From assembly GCA_963741955.1 (NCBI GenBank), contig CAVUKB010000010.1:288001-352000 (forward strand): a DNA stretch of 64,000 nt. The letters run 5' to 3'. Both the position numbers and the translations under genes were made by a program. Positions 50,401 through 59,288 of the stretch are shown here, piece after piece. Source of the stretch: an uncultured Acidobacteriota bacterium. GTDB taxonomy: Bacteria > Acidobacteriota > Thermoanaerobaculia > Gp7-AA8. The first letter of the stretch is position 1; each line of letters starts with the position of its first letter. The notes beneath the pieces were generated by a model. It did not search any database and was not told where the DNA came from. It saw nothing but the letters and a program-made list of their open reading frames with translations.

Positions 50401-50456
50401 AGGGGACAGCGATTTCGTACAATCAGAACCACCCCATGACAGGAGGCCCGTTCCCG

Positions 50457-50804
50457 ATGCCGATCCCGACGATCCTGAAATCGATCGCTCTTTTCATCGC
50501 GGCCGGACTCTGCGAGATCGGGGGCGGCTATCTCGTCTGGCTCTGGCTCCGCGAGTCGCGCGGATTCGTCCTCGGCGCAGCCGGCGGCCTGATCCTCTTT
50601 CTTTACGGCATCCTCCCGACCTTCCAGCCCGCGCACTTCGGTCGCGTCTACGCCGCGTACGGAGGAGTCTTCGTGGTGATGTCGCTCCTGTGGGGGTGGT
50701 GGATCGACGGCCGTCGTCCGGACGCTCCCGACTGGATCGGCGCCGCGTTCTGCGCGGTCGGCGTTGCGGTGATCATGTACTGGCCTCGAACGGTGGCGAG
50801 GTGA
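50457..50804 (+). CDS. ynfA: YnfA (UPF0060) small membrane protein
   Basis: [35 protein letters not shown]. Confidence 0.92.
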   Translation: MPIPTILKSIALFIAAGLCEIGGGYLVWLWLRESRGFVLGAAGGLILFLYGILPTFQPAHFGRVYAAYGGVFVVMSLLWGWWIDGRRPDAPDWIGAAFCAVGVAVIMYWPRTVAR

Positions 50805-50896
50805 TTGAGCGCACGAGTCTTGATGGCATGAGGGGATCACATCGGACCGCGACGACGGCCATGGAGAAACGACGGCTTCCATGAGAGGATGCGAGG

Positions 50897-52573
50897 ATGC
50901 GGCAGACCTCGCTCATGTGGATTCTCGCGCTCATCCTCGTCCTCCCGTCACCGGCCGCAGCGCAGACTCCTCACGTGTACTCCGAATCGATCGAGGTTCG
51001 CGTGGCGACCGTCGACGTGGTGGTCACGGACTCGAGCGGCCGGTACGTGCCGAATCTGACGAGGAACGATTTCGAGCTGTTCGAGAACGGGCAGCGGCGT
51101 GACATCACGAGTTTCTACGAAGCTCGAAACCAGGCGACGGGCGCGGTGACGGCGGAGGGAGGTTCGCCGGCGAAGACTACGACCGCGGTCGTTGCGCCCG
51201 AACCGCAGCCGCGCCACATCGTGATCTTCGTCGACAGCTACAGCCTCTCGCCTTTTCATCGCCAACGGATGCGCGATTCCGTGGTGCGGTTCGCGCAGGA
51301 GGGACTGCGGCCGGGCGACGAGATCATGCTCGTCTCCTGGAATCACGAGCTCCACATCGCCGTGCCGTTCACCACGGACCGCGAGGCGGTAGTGCACGGT
51401 GTCGATGCGCTCTTCGGTTCCACCTCGGGCGGTTTCGACATGGAGCGGAGCATCCTGGAACGGCAGATCGAAATGGAGCTGCAGAACGCGTTCGCCGGAG
51501 ACAACCGGGCCGGAAGGATGCTTGAAGCGTATCGGAACTCGACCAACTTCGTCGATCACTGGTGCGAACAGCAGAGCCGCCTGCTCCGGAATCTCGGGAC
51601 CGACCTGGAACGGATCATCTCCACCATGTCGGCATCCACCGGGCGAAAGGCGCTGGTCTTCGTCGGAGAGCACCTGCCGATGCAGGTCGGTCAGGACATG
51701 TACCAGCACGTCGACGAAGTGTTCCGTCCTTACGCTTCGCTGCTCCAGAACGTCCGTTTCGGGGCGCTTCACCTGCGGTCGGGCGGCTCCAGTCAGATCC
51801 CGCTGCAGGAAGGACTGCAGAAGACCGCGAACACGAACGGGGTCGCGCTCTACATGGTCGATCCGGCCGAGCCCGAGGCGCAGAACGATGCGGGGATGAA
51901 GAGCGCCGATTCACCTGCCGAGCACTTCATGCGTTTCTCGAATACCGCGGCCTCCTTTCAGGAAATGGCGAAGGCCACCGGCGGCCTCGCGCTCCTCGCT
52001 TCGAAGAACGCCGGGCTCGCGTTCGATGCGGTGGCGGGAGATCTCGATCACTACTACTCGCTCGGGTATCGACCGGAAGGGAATCGGGAAGCGCGCGCGG
52101 TAAAGGTCAGAGTGGAGCGGCCGGGTCTCACGGTCCGCTTCCGCCGCGAGGTCGTGGTGCGGCCGCTCGAGGCCGAAGTGCGCGACGGACTGGCGGCGAA
52201 TGCGTTCACTGCTCCCGCGCGGAACGACCTCGACGTCTCGCTCTCGTTCGCTGCGCAGCGAAACAAGGGCCGCAGGCGGATCATCCTTCCCGTCACCGTG
52301 CACATCCCGTCGGCACAGCTCTCGTTTCAGGGCACGAACGACGGTTCCGCTGCGGCGATCCGCATTCTGATCGGAGCGATCGAGAGGAAGGGGACATTCT
52401 CGGCGATCACCGAACGGAGACAGGAGATCCGGATCGCGACCGGAAAGCCGCTGCCGGCGGAGATCGAGTATTCAGTCGACGTCGAGCTTCGCCGCACGAC
52501 GCAGGTCCTCTCCGTCGCGGTCATCGACGAGACCTCCGACGCGGTTGGCTACGCGCGAGCGGAACTGAAATGA
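50897..52573 (+). CDS. VWFA-related Acidobacterial domain protein, secreted
   Basis: SIEVRVATVDVVVTD..G..VPNLTRNDFELFENG, GRKALVFV, MAKATGG, YYSLGY. Confidence 0.87.
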   Translation: MRQTSLMWILALILVLPSPAAAQTPHVYSESIEVRVATVDVVVTDSSGRYVPNLTRNDFELFENGQRRDITSFYEARNQATGAVTAEGGSPAKTTTAVVAPEPQPRHIVIFVDSYSLSPFHRQRMRDSVVRFAQEGLRPGDEIMLVSWNHELHIAVPFTTDREAVVHGVDALFGSTSGGFDMERSILERQIEMELQNAFAGDNRAGRMLEAYRNSTNFVDHWCEQQSRLLRNLGTDLERIISTMSASTGRKALVFVGEHLPMQVGQDMYQHVDEVFRPYASLLQNVRFGALHLRSGGSSQIPLQEGLQKTANTNGVALYMVDPAEPEAQNDAGMKSADSPAEHFMRFSNTAASFQEMAKATGGLALLASKNAGLAFDAVAGDLDHYYSLGYRPEGNREARAVKVRVERPGLTVRFRREVVVRPLEAEVRDGLAANAFTAPARNDLDVSLSFAAQRNKGRRRIILPVTVHIPSAQLSFQGTNDGSAAAIRILIGAIERKGTFSAITERRQEIRIATGKPLPAEIEYSVDVELRRTTQVLSVAVIDETSDAVGYARAELK

Positions 52574-52608
52574 CGTGGTGAGCGTCTCGCGGCTCGCGGC
52601 GGCGGATC

Positions 52609-53061
52609 TTACTTCAGCAGCGTTGCCAATGCGCTCCGCAGCGCGTCGTAAGACCGCTTTCCCAGCTTTTTCGCATATCCCTTCTCAATCCTGTCGATGG
52701 CGCGGCGGGCGAGCGAAGCGACCGCGAGCCCTTCTTCCGTGAGGACGATCAGACGTGCGCGCCGGTCCGTGGGGTCGTCGCGACGGTCGAGATAGCCGAG
52801 GTCCGACAACTCGTCCACCAACTCCTTCATGGAGGGCTTGCTGATCCCGGCGAGCGCCGCGAGCTCGGTGAGTCTCGCACCGTCGCGCCCGAGGTTGGCG
52901 AGGACGGCGCCATGCTTGGGCCGAAGGGCGTCGTGACCGGCATTCCGAAACGCACGAAACAGCTCTCTCTCGAACGCGCGGTAGGCCTCCAGGAGGAGCG
53001 TGCCGGTGTTCGCCTCATCCGGAGGGAGGGATTTCGGCTGACGGAGCTCTCTTGACAACAT
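52609..53061 (-). CDS. MarR family transcriptional regulator
   Basis: GARLTELA..GISKPSM.ELVDEL..GYL.R.DDPTDRRA..I.LTEEG. Confidence 0.92.
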   Translation of the reverse strand: MLSRELRQPKSLPPDEANTGTLLLEAYRAFERELFRAFRNAGHDALRPKHGAVLANLGRDGARLTELAALAGISKPSMKELVDELSDLGYLDRRDDPTDRRARLIVLTEEGLAVASLARRAIDRIEKGYAKKLGKRSYDALRSALATLLK

Positions 53062-53099
53062 GATTAGGTTACCTTATCTTTTGATTAGGTAACCTAACG
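53052..53099 (+). promoter_or_regulatory. Sigma-70 promoter overlapped by two palindromic operators (likely MarR)
   Basis: TTGACA (53052)-17 bp-TATCTT (53075). Operators GATTAGGTTACCTTATC (53062-78) and GATTAGGTAACCTAACG (53083-99). Confidence 0.78.
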
Positions 53100-53117
53100 A
53101 TAAGGAGGCTCCCTGCA

Positions 53118-53591
53118 ATGAACCGTCAGCTCTTCACCACGTCGATCGGCATCCCATACTCCGCCGCAGGCTTCACCGAAAAGGACGAAGCTCTCTCGGC
53201 GCTCGCTCCGGTTGCCGGCTTCGTCGACGCCTGGAATCGTCACGACATGAATGCTCTGGCCGAGCTCTATACCGCGGACGCGGAATTCGTGAATGTGATC
53301 GGGATGTGGTGGCACGGCCGTGACGAGATTCGAGCGCAACACGCACTGCTTCACCAGGGAAGGATGAAGCAAACCACGCTCAGCCAGGAGGCCCCGATGG
53401 TGAAGCTCCTCTCGCAGTCGGTGGCGATGGCACACGCGAGATGGGAGCTGCGGGGCGACGCCGGAGCTCCAGGGTGGGAGATCGGCGAGGTCCGGCGCGG
53501 AATGCTGATTCACGTCCTGATCCGTGAGGCCGGGGTATGGAAGATCACCGCCACGCAGAACACCGACATCGTCGAGATTCCGAACAACTGA
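53118..53591 (+). CDS. SnoaL/NTF2-like protein (SgcJ/EcaC family)
   Basis: FVDAWNRHD..ALAELYTADAEFVNV.G..WHGRDEI, WKITATQNT. TAAGGAGG RBS. Confidence 0.88.
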   Translation: MNRQLFTTSIGIPYSAAGFTEKDEALSALAPVAGFVDAWNRHDMNALAELYTADAEFVNVIGMWWHGRDEIRAQHALLHQGRMKQTTLSQEAPMVKLLSQSVAMAHARWELRGDAGAPGWEIGEVRRGMLIHVLIREAGVWKITATQNTDIVEIPNN

Positions 53592-53676
53592 CGACCGGCT
53601 CGACCACTCGTCGGGGGAAGCGGGGCCCTCTCCGCGACGAGACACTGAATTCCCCGGACGACGATTCTCCCGGAAG

Positions 53677-54225
53677 TCAGAGCTCCAGTGCGATGTCGGC
53701 GGATGTCCGCACGGTCGCGAACGATCCGTCGAGTGCCGCGAGGTACGACGTCTGGACGTCGGCCGCGGCGACCATGCGCTCCCCGAACCGGAGATCCCGC
53801 GTCGCGCACGCGTCGTGGACGAGCTCGCAGCTGAAGCCGTAATCGGCGGCGGCGCGGGTGGTCGTGTCGACGCACATGTGGGTCATCATCCCGGCGATCA
53901 CGAGCTGATCGGGCCCCAGGGCCCGTAGATGCTCGAGGAGCGGAGTCTCCCGGAACGAATTCGGGTAATGCTTCCGGAACAGCGTCTCTCCGGAGAGCGG
54001 TGCGACGCTCGGGTGGATCTCGACGCCGGCCGTCCCGGGAAGAAAGAACGTCGCGCCGGGCCGCACCGAGACATGCTGGATGTGAATCACCGGGCGCACC
54101 GCTCGACGGAACGAGTCGAGGAGCTCTGACGCTCGATTGACGGCGTCATCACTCCCGTCGAGCTCCATCGCACCCCCGGGAAAGTAGTCTTTCTGAAGAT
54201 CGATCAGCAGCAACGCTCGTTTCAT
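53677..54225 (-). CDS. Isochorismatase/cysteine hydrolase family protein
   Basis: ALLLIDLQKDYF, KHYPNSF, GMMTHMCVDTT. Confidence 0.92.
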   Translation of the reverse strand: MKRALLLIDLQKDYFPGGAMELDGSDDAVNRASELLDSFRRAVRPVIHIQHVSVRPGATFFLPGTAGVEIHPSVAPLSGETLFRKHYPNSFRETPLLEHLRALGPDQLVIAGMMTHMCVDTTTRAAADYGFSCELVHDACATRDLRFGERMVAAADVQTSYLAALDGSFATVRTSADIALEL

Positions 54226-54459
54226 CGAGTCACCCCTCCACTTGTTACGGAATCATAACTCCCCCCTCTTCCGTCAAAACTCCCGGATCGCGTATCCTTT
54301 GAGCGGGACGTTTCATCGGACTTCCGTGGAGGGGCGAACGGGGCGGTCTGAGGCAGGCCGGTCTCATCCTCCAATCGGGAATCCCGACGATTCATTACGG
54401 CAAGGTCCGCGGTCAGAGCACGATCCAATCAACCGGAGTACCGCAGTCGAGGTGTCTTT

Positions 54460-55584
54460 ATGAAGAAACGCATGTTTCTGATGCTTTCGGTCGTCGTCGT
54501 CTTCATCGGAGCGGTGGGAGGGTTCAAGTTCCTGCAGATCCGCGATGCGATGGCGCAGGGTGCGGCCTATCAGCCGCCTCCCGAAGCGGTGACCACGATC
54601 GTCGCGCACCAGGAGCAGTGGGCCGACAAGCTCAAGGCGATCGGAACGGTCGTCGCGGTGAACGGGGTCGACGTCAGCGCCGATCTCCCCGGTGTGGTCG
54701 AGCAGATTCATTTCGAATCGGGCCGTCCGGTGGAGAAGGGGTCGGTCCTCGTCACGCTCGACACGCGCCAGGAGCGCGCCCAGCTCGCGGCTGCGGTCGC
54801 GGAGCGCGACCGGCTCGCGGTCGATCTGAGACGCGCGCAGGAGATGCTCACCAGCGCGGTGATCCCGCAGTCGACCTACGATTCGGTGGCCGCGCAGTCG
54901 AAGCAGGCGATTGCCAGAGTCGGCGAGATCGAAGCGACCATCGCCCGCAAGACCATCCGCGCTCCGTTCTCCGGAGTCCTCGGGATCCGCAAGGTCAACC
55001 TCGGCCAGTACCTCTCCGGCGGCGAGGCTATCGTCTCCCTCCAGTCGCTCCGCCCCGCCTACGTCGAGTTCGACGTCCCCCAGCAGGATCTCGCCAAGCT
55101 GAAGATCGGCGGTGAGGTCGAAGCGACCACCGAGTCGATCGGTTCAGTGGAGAGTGGAAGGATCACCGCCTACGATTCGCGGATCGACCCGGTGACGCGA
55201 AACGTCCGGGTCCAGGCGAGCTTCGACAACCGCTCCGGCAACCTTCATCCCGGGATGTTCGTCGACGTTCACCTTTCGGCGGGTACGAATGTGGCGGTCA
55301 TCCCGCTCCCGTCGTCCGCGATCAGCTACGCGCCATTCGGAAACTCGGTGTACATCGTGGAGAACGTCAAGGGTGAGGACGGCAAGTCGTATCGAGGCGT
55401 GCGCCAGCAGTTCGTGAAGACCGGCGCCTCGCGCGGCGATCAGGTGGCCGTTCTTTCCGGCGTGAAACCGGGGGAGGAGGTCGTGACCTCGGGGGCGTTC
55501 AAACTTCGCCCCGGAGCGGCGGTGATCGTGAACAACCAGGTCCAGCCGTCGAACAATCCTTCGCCCAATCCGGCAGACAGCTGA
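54460..55584 (+). CDS. RND efflux periplasmic adaptor (MFP)
   Basis: N-terminal anchor, IRAPFSGVLG, LHPGMF, GVKPGEEVVTSG. Confidence 0.93.
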   Translation: MKKRMFLMLSVVVVFIGAVGGFKFLQIRDAMAQGAAYQPPPEAVTTIVAHQEQWADKLKAIGTVVAVNGVDVSADLPGVVEQIHFESGRPVEKGSVLVTLDTRQERAQLAAAVAERDRLAVDLRRAQEMLTSAVIPQSTYDSVAAQSKQAIARVGEIEATIARKTIRAPFSGVLGIRKVNLGQYLSGGEAIVSLQSLRPAYVEFDVPQQDLAKLKIGGEVEATTESIGSVESGRITAYDSRIDPVTRNVRVQASFDNRSGNLHPGMFVDVHLSAGTNVAVIPLPSSAISYAPFGNSVYIVENVKGEDGKSYRGVRQQFVKTGASRGDQVAVLSGVKPGEEVVTSGAFKLRPGAAVIVNNQVQPSNNPSPNPADS

Positions 55585-55625
55585 GTCAGGGTCAGCTCTG
55601 CAGTTTCGAAGATCGGACGTGACGC

Positions 55626-58600
55626 ATGAAAATCACTGATCTCTTCGTCCGCCGCCCGGTACTCGCCGTGGTGGTGAACCTGGTCATCCTCATCGGCGGC
55701 CTTCAGGCCGTTCGCTCGCTGACCGTACGCCAGTTCCCGCGCAGTGACATGGCGAACGTCGTCGTACGCACCGTCTACATCGGCGCGAACGCCGATCTGG
55801 TGCGCGGCTTCATCACCGCGCCGCTCGAGCGGGCCATCGCCGGCGCCGACGGGATCGACTTCATGGAGTCTTCGAGCGCGCAGGGGATGAGCACCATCAC
55901 GGTGCACCTGAAGCTCAACTACGACACCAACGCCGCTCTCACCCAGATCCAGGCGAAGGTCGCCCAGGTGCGCAATCAGCTTCCCCCTGAAGCCGAGGCG
56001 CCGGTGATCGACCTGCAGACGACGGACAGCCAGTTCGCCTCCGGGTACCTCGGCTTTTCTTCAAAAGAGCTCGACCAGAACCAGATCACCGACTACCTGA
56101 CTCGCGTCGTCCAGCCGAAGCTGAGCGCGATCGCCGGCGTCCAGCGCGCAGAGATCTTCGGGGACCGGACTTTCGCCATGCGGGTCTGGCTCAAGCCCGA
56201 CCGGATGGCGGCACTCGGCATCTCTCCCTCCGAGGTCCACGACGCGCTCGCGGCGAACAACTATCTGTCGGCACTCGGAGCGACGAAGGGATCGATGACG
56301 TCGATCAACCTCGTCGCGAACACGAACCTCCAGACCGCCGACGAGTTCCGCAAGCTGGTGGTAAAGGAACGGAATGGGACGGTGATCCGTCTCGGCGACA
56401 TCGCCGACGTGGTGCTCGGCGCCGAGACGTACGACAGCGAAGTTCGCTTCAACGGACAGACCGCGGTCTTCATCGGGATCTACCCGCTGCCGACCGCGAA
56501 CACGCTCGACGTGATGAAGGCGGTCCGCGCTGAGATTCCCGAGATCCGGGCACAGCTTCCGGCCGGAATGAGCATCGGCGTTCCGTACGACTCCTCGGAG
56601 TACATCCAGTCGGCGATCGACGAGGTTCTCAAGACGCTGACGGAGACGCTCCTCATCGTCGTGCTGGTGATCTTCCTCTTCCTCGGCAGCGTCCGGGGAT
56701 TGATCATCCCGGTGGTCGCGATTCCGGTCTCGCTGATCGGCGCGGTCCTCCTGATGATGATCTTCGGCTTCACCATCAACCTTCTGACGCTCCTCGCGAT
56801 CGTCCTATCCGTCGGGCTGGTCGTCGATGATGCGATCGTGATGGTGGAGAACATCGAGCGGCATCTCCACATGGGAAAGACGCCGATGCAGGCGGCGGCC
56901 GACGCGGCGCGCGAGCTGGTCGGTCCGGTCATCGCGATGACCATCACCCTCGCCACGGTGTACACGCCGGTCGCACTGCAGGGGGGGCTGACCGGTTCGC
57001 TTTTCCGCGAATTCGCGTTCACCCTCGCGGGCGCGGTGCTGATCTCCGGATTCGTAGCCCTGACCCTCTCTCCGATGATGGGATCGAAGCTGCTGCGCGA
57101 AGGCGACACCGAGCGCGGCTTTGCGGGGATGATCAACCGTCACTTCGAGGTGGTGCGGCGGCTTTATACGCGGCTCCTCACCGGAACGCTGAAGTACCGG
57201 CCGGTAGTCTTCACCCTCTGGATCATCGTCGTCGCCCTGGCGATTCCCTTCTACATGTTCTCCCAGAAGGAGCTCGCTCCTCCGGAGGATCAGAACTTCA
57301 TCTTCGGCATCATTCAGGCAGCTCCGAACGCGACGCTCGACCAGACCAAGCTCTTCGCGCATCAGGTGGACGACATCTACCGCGCACAGCCGGAGTACAA
57401 GGCGACGTTTCAGGTGGTCACCCCGAACGGCGGCTTCGGCGGGATGGCGATGAAGCCTCTCGAGGAGCGGTCCCGCGGAGTGCAGCAGGTTCAGGTCGCT
57501 GTCTCGAACGCCACGTCGAAGATCCCCGGGATCCGTTCGATCCAGCTGATTCCTCCGTCACTCCCCGGCGGTGAAGGATTCCCGGTCGACTTCGCAATCG
57601 TTTCGACCGCCGAGCCGGAGCAGCTCGCGGAGTTCGCAAACCAGCTGGTGCAGAAGGCGTACACGAGCGGGAAGTTCATGTTCGTCGATACGGACCTGAA
57701 GTTCGACCAGCCGCAGGCGAAAGTGGTTTTCGACCGCGACAAGCTCCGCGCGCAGGGAGTCGACATGTCTCAGGTCGGACGCGACCTCTCCGTACTCCTC
57801 GGCGGGAACTACGTGAACCGCTTCAGTATCCAGGGACGCAGCTACAAGGTCATCCCGCAGGTGAAGCGCGCCGACCGCCTCACGCCCGACCAGCTCGAGC
57901 AGATCTACGTCACCGGGGGAAACGGGAAGCTCGTTCCGCTCTCGACGTTCGCCACGCTGGAGACCTCGACCCAACCTCGCGAGCTGAAGCGCTTTCAGCA
58001 GCTCAATGCGGTGCGGATCCAGGGAGCGATCCCGCCGGGCGTTTCGCTCGACGACGCTCTCTCGTATCTCGAGGAGCAGGCGCGCGAAATTCTGCCGCGC
58101 GGCTACTCCATCGACTACGCGGGCGAGTCGCGACAGTTGCGCACTGAGGGGAACAAGTTTCTCGGCGTGTTTCTCCTCTCGGCGATTCTGATCTATCTCG
58201 TACTCGCGGCGCAGTTCGAGAGCTTCCGCGATCCGCTGATCATCCTCGCGGGCTCGGTCCCGCTCGCGATCTCCGGATCGCTCCTCTTCTCGTTCCTCGG
58301 GCTCACGTCGATCAACATCTACAGCCAGATCGGTCTGATCACGCTGGTCGGACTGATCTCGCGCAACGGCATTCTGATCGTCGAATTCGCGAATCACCTT
58401 CAGGAGACGGGGAAGGCGAAGATCGCGGCGGTGATCGAGGCGGCGGGAACTCGGCTCCGGCCGATTCTGATGACCACGGCGGCGACTGTCGCTGGCCATC
58501 TCCCGCTCGTCTTCGCACGCGGTCCGGGAGCCGGAGCGCGCAACAGCGTCGGCATCATGCTGGTGACGGGAATGATGATCGGGACCTGCTTCACGCTGTT

Positions 58601-58718
58601 CGTCGTGCCGTCGATCTACGTCCTTCTCGCGCGGACGCATCGCGCCGACGAGATCGAGGAGATCGCCACGGAGTCGGAACCGGAGATCGGTCCCGACCTC
58701 GAGCCCTCTACGGTGTAG
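55626..58718 (+). CDS. RND efflux permease (AcrB/MexW-like)
   Basis: 1030 aa. FVRRPVLA, GLVVDDAIVMVEN, LAAQFES, RLRPILMTT. Confidence 0.95.
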   Translation: MKITDLFVRRPVLAVVVNLVILIGGLQAVRSLTVRQFPRSDMANVVVRTVYIGANADLVRGFITAPLERAIAGADGIDFMESSSAQGMSTITVHLKLNYDTNAALTQIQAKVAQVRNQLPPEAEAPVIDLQTTDSQFASGYLGFSSKELDQNQITDYLTRVVQPKLSAIAGVQRAEIFGDRTFAMRVWLKPDRMAALGISPSEVHDALAANNYLSALGATKGSMTSINLVANTNLQTADEFRKLVVKERNGTVIRLGDIADVVLGAETYDSEVRFNGQTAVFIGIYPLPTANTLDVMKAVRAEIPEIRAQLPAGMSIGVPYDSSEYIQSAIDEVLKTLTETLLIVVLVIFLFLGSVRGLIIPVVAIPVSLIGAVLLMMIFGFTINLLTLLAIVLSVGLVVDDAIVMVENIERHLHMGKTPMQAAADAARELVGPVIAMTITLATVYTPVALQGGLTGSLFREFAFTLAGAVLISGFVALTLSPMMGSKLLREGDTERGFAGMINRHFEVVRRLYTRLLTGTLKYRPVVFTLWIIVVALAIPFYMFSQKELAPPEDQNFIFGIIQAAPNATLDQTKLFAHQVDDIYRAQPEYKATFQVVTPNGGFGGMAMKPLEERSRGVQQVQVAVSNATSKIPGIRSIQLIPPSLPGGEGFPVDFAIVSTAEPEQLAEFANQLVQKAYTSGKFMFVDTDLKFDQPQAKVVFDRDKLRAQGVDMSQVGRDLSVLLGGNYVNRFSIQGRSYKVIPQVKRADRLTPDQLEQIYVTGGNGKLVPLSTFATLETSTQPRELKRFQQLNAVRIQGAIPPGVSLDDALSYLEEQAREILPRGYSIDYAGESRQLRTEGNKFLGVFLLSAILIYLVLAAQFESFRDPLIILAGSVPLAISGSLLFSFLGLTSINIYSQIGLITLVGLISRNGILIVEFANHLQETGKAKIAAVIEAAGTRLRPILMTTAATVAGHLPLVFARGPGAGARNSVGIMLVTGMMIGTCFTLFVVPSIYVLLARTHRADEIEEIATESEPEIGPDLEPSTV

Positions 58719-58754
58719 TGGCTCGCGCCAGAGTGGGTCGCGCGTCCCGCGCAG

Positions 58755-58779
58755 GCTCCCCGGCGTGGCGCCGGGGAGC
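58755..58779 (+). terminator. Hairpin downstream of the RND operon
   Basis: GCTCCCCGGCG-TGG-CGCCGGGGAGC with a weak U-tract. Confidence 0.45.
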
Positions 58780-59288
58780 GATGGTTTGCAGCGGAGGCTG
58801 GATGCGACAAGTCACGCGGCTGACACGGCGAATTCCCTCGTACTCGATGAGAACCACGCTGCAGTCCCGCTGGCAAAACCTGAAGTGATCGTTCCGCCAA
58901 TACTTCCGGCAGACCTGAAACTGGCTGCACACTCGTTCAGGACTCCTGTGTCGAAGCGGAGGGTTTCAGCTCTTCTGTGCGGTGGGAGGCCAATCGGCAT
59001 GTTACGGAACTGTCACGAGTCGAAAACGCTGGGTACCGAAGTGCCGTTGTGAAGGTACACCCTAAGTGAAAGGAAGTCTTGTCGGAGGACAGCAACCGCT
59101 GAGGATCGCGCGAGATGGATTCTGCCGACGACGCCGTGCCGCGGTGCCCCTCCTGCCCGAGCCTGAGCACGACAAGATCATGGCAAGTCGCAGCATTCAG
59201 TTATCACGGTTACCCTGGCATCGACGCCGGCCGATCCATCGTAGGTGAAAACGGCCGTTGGGACGGCAGCCCAGAAGGAGAAGACGAC

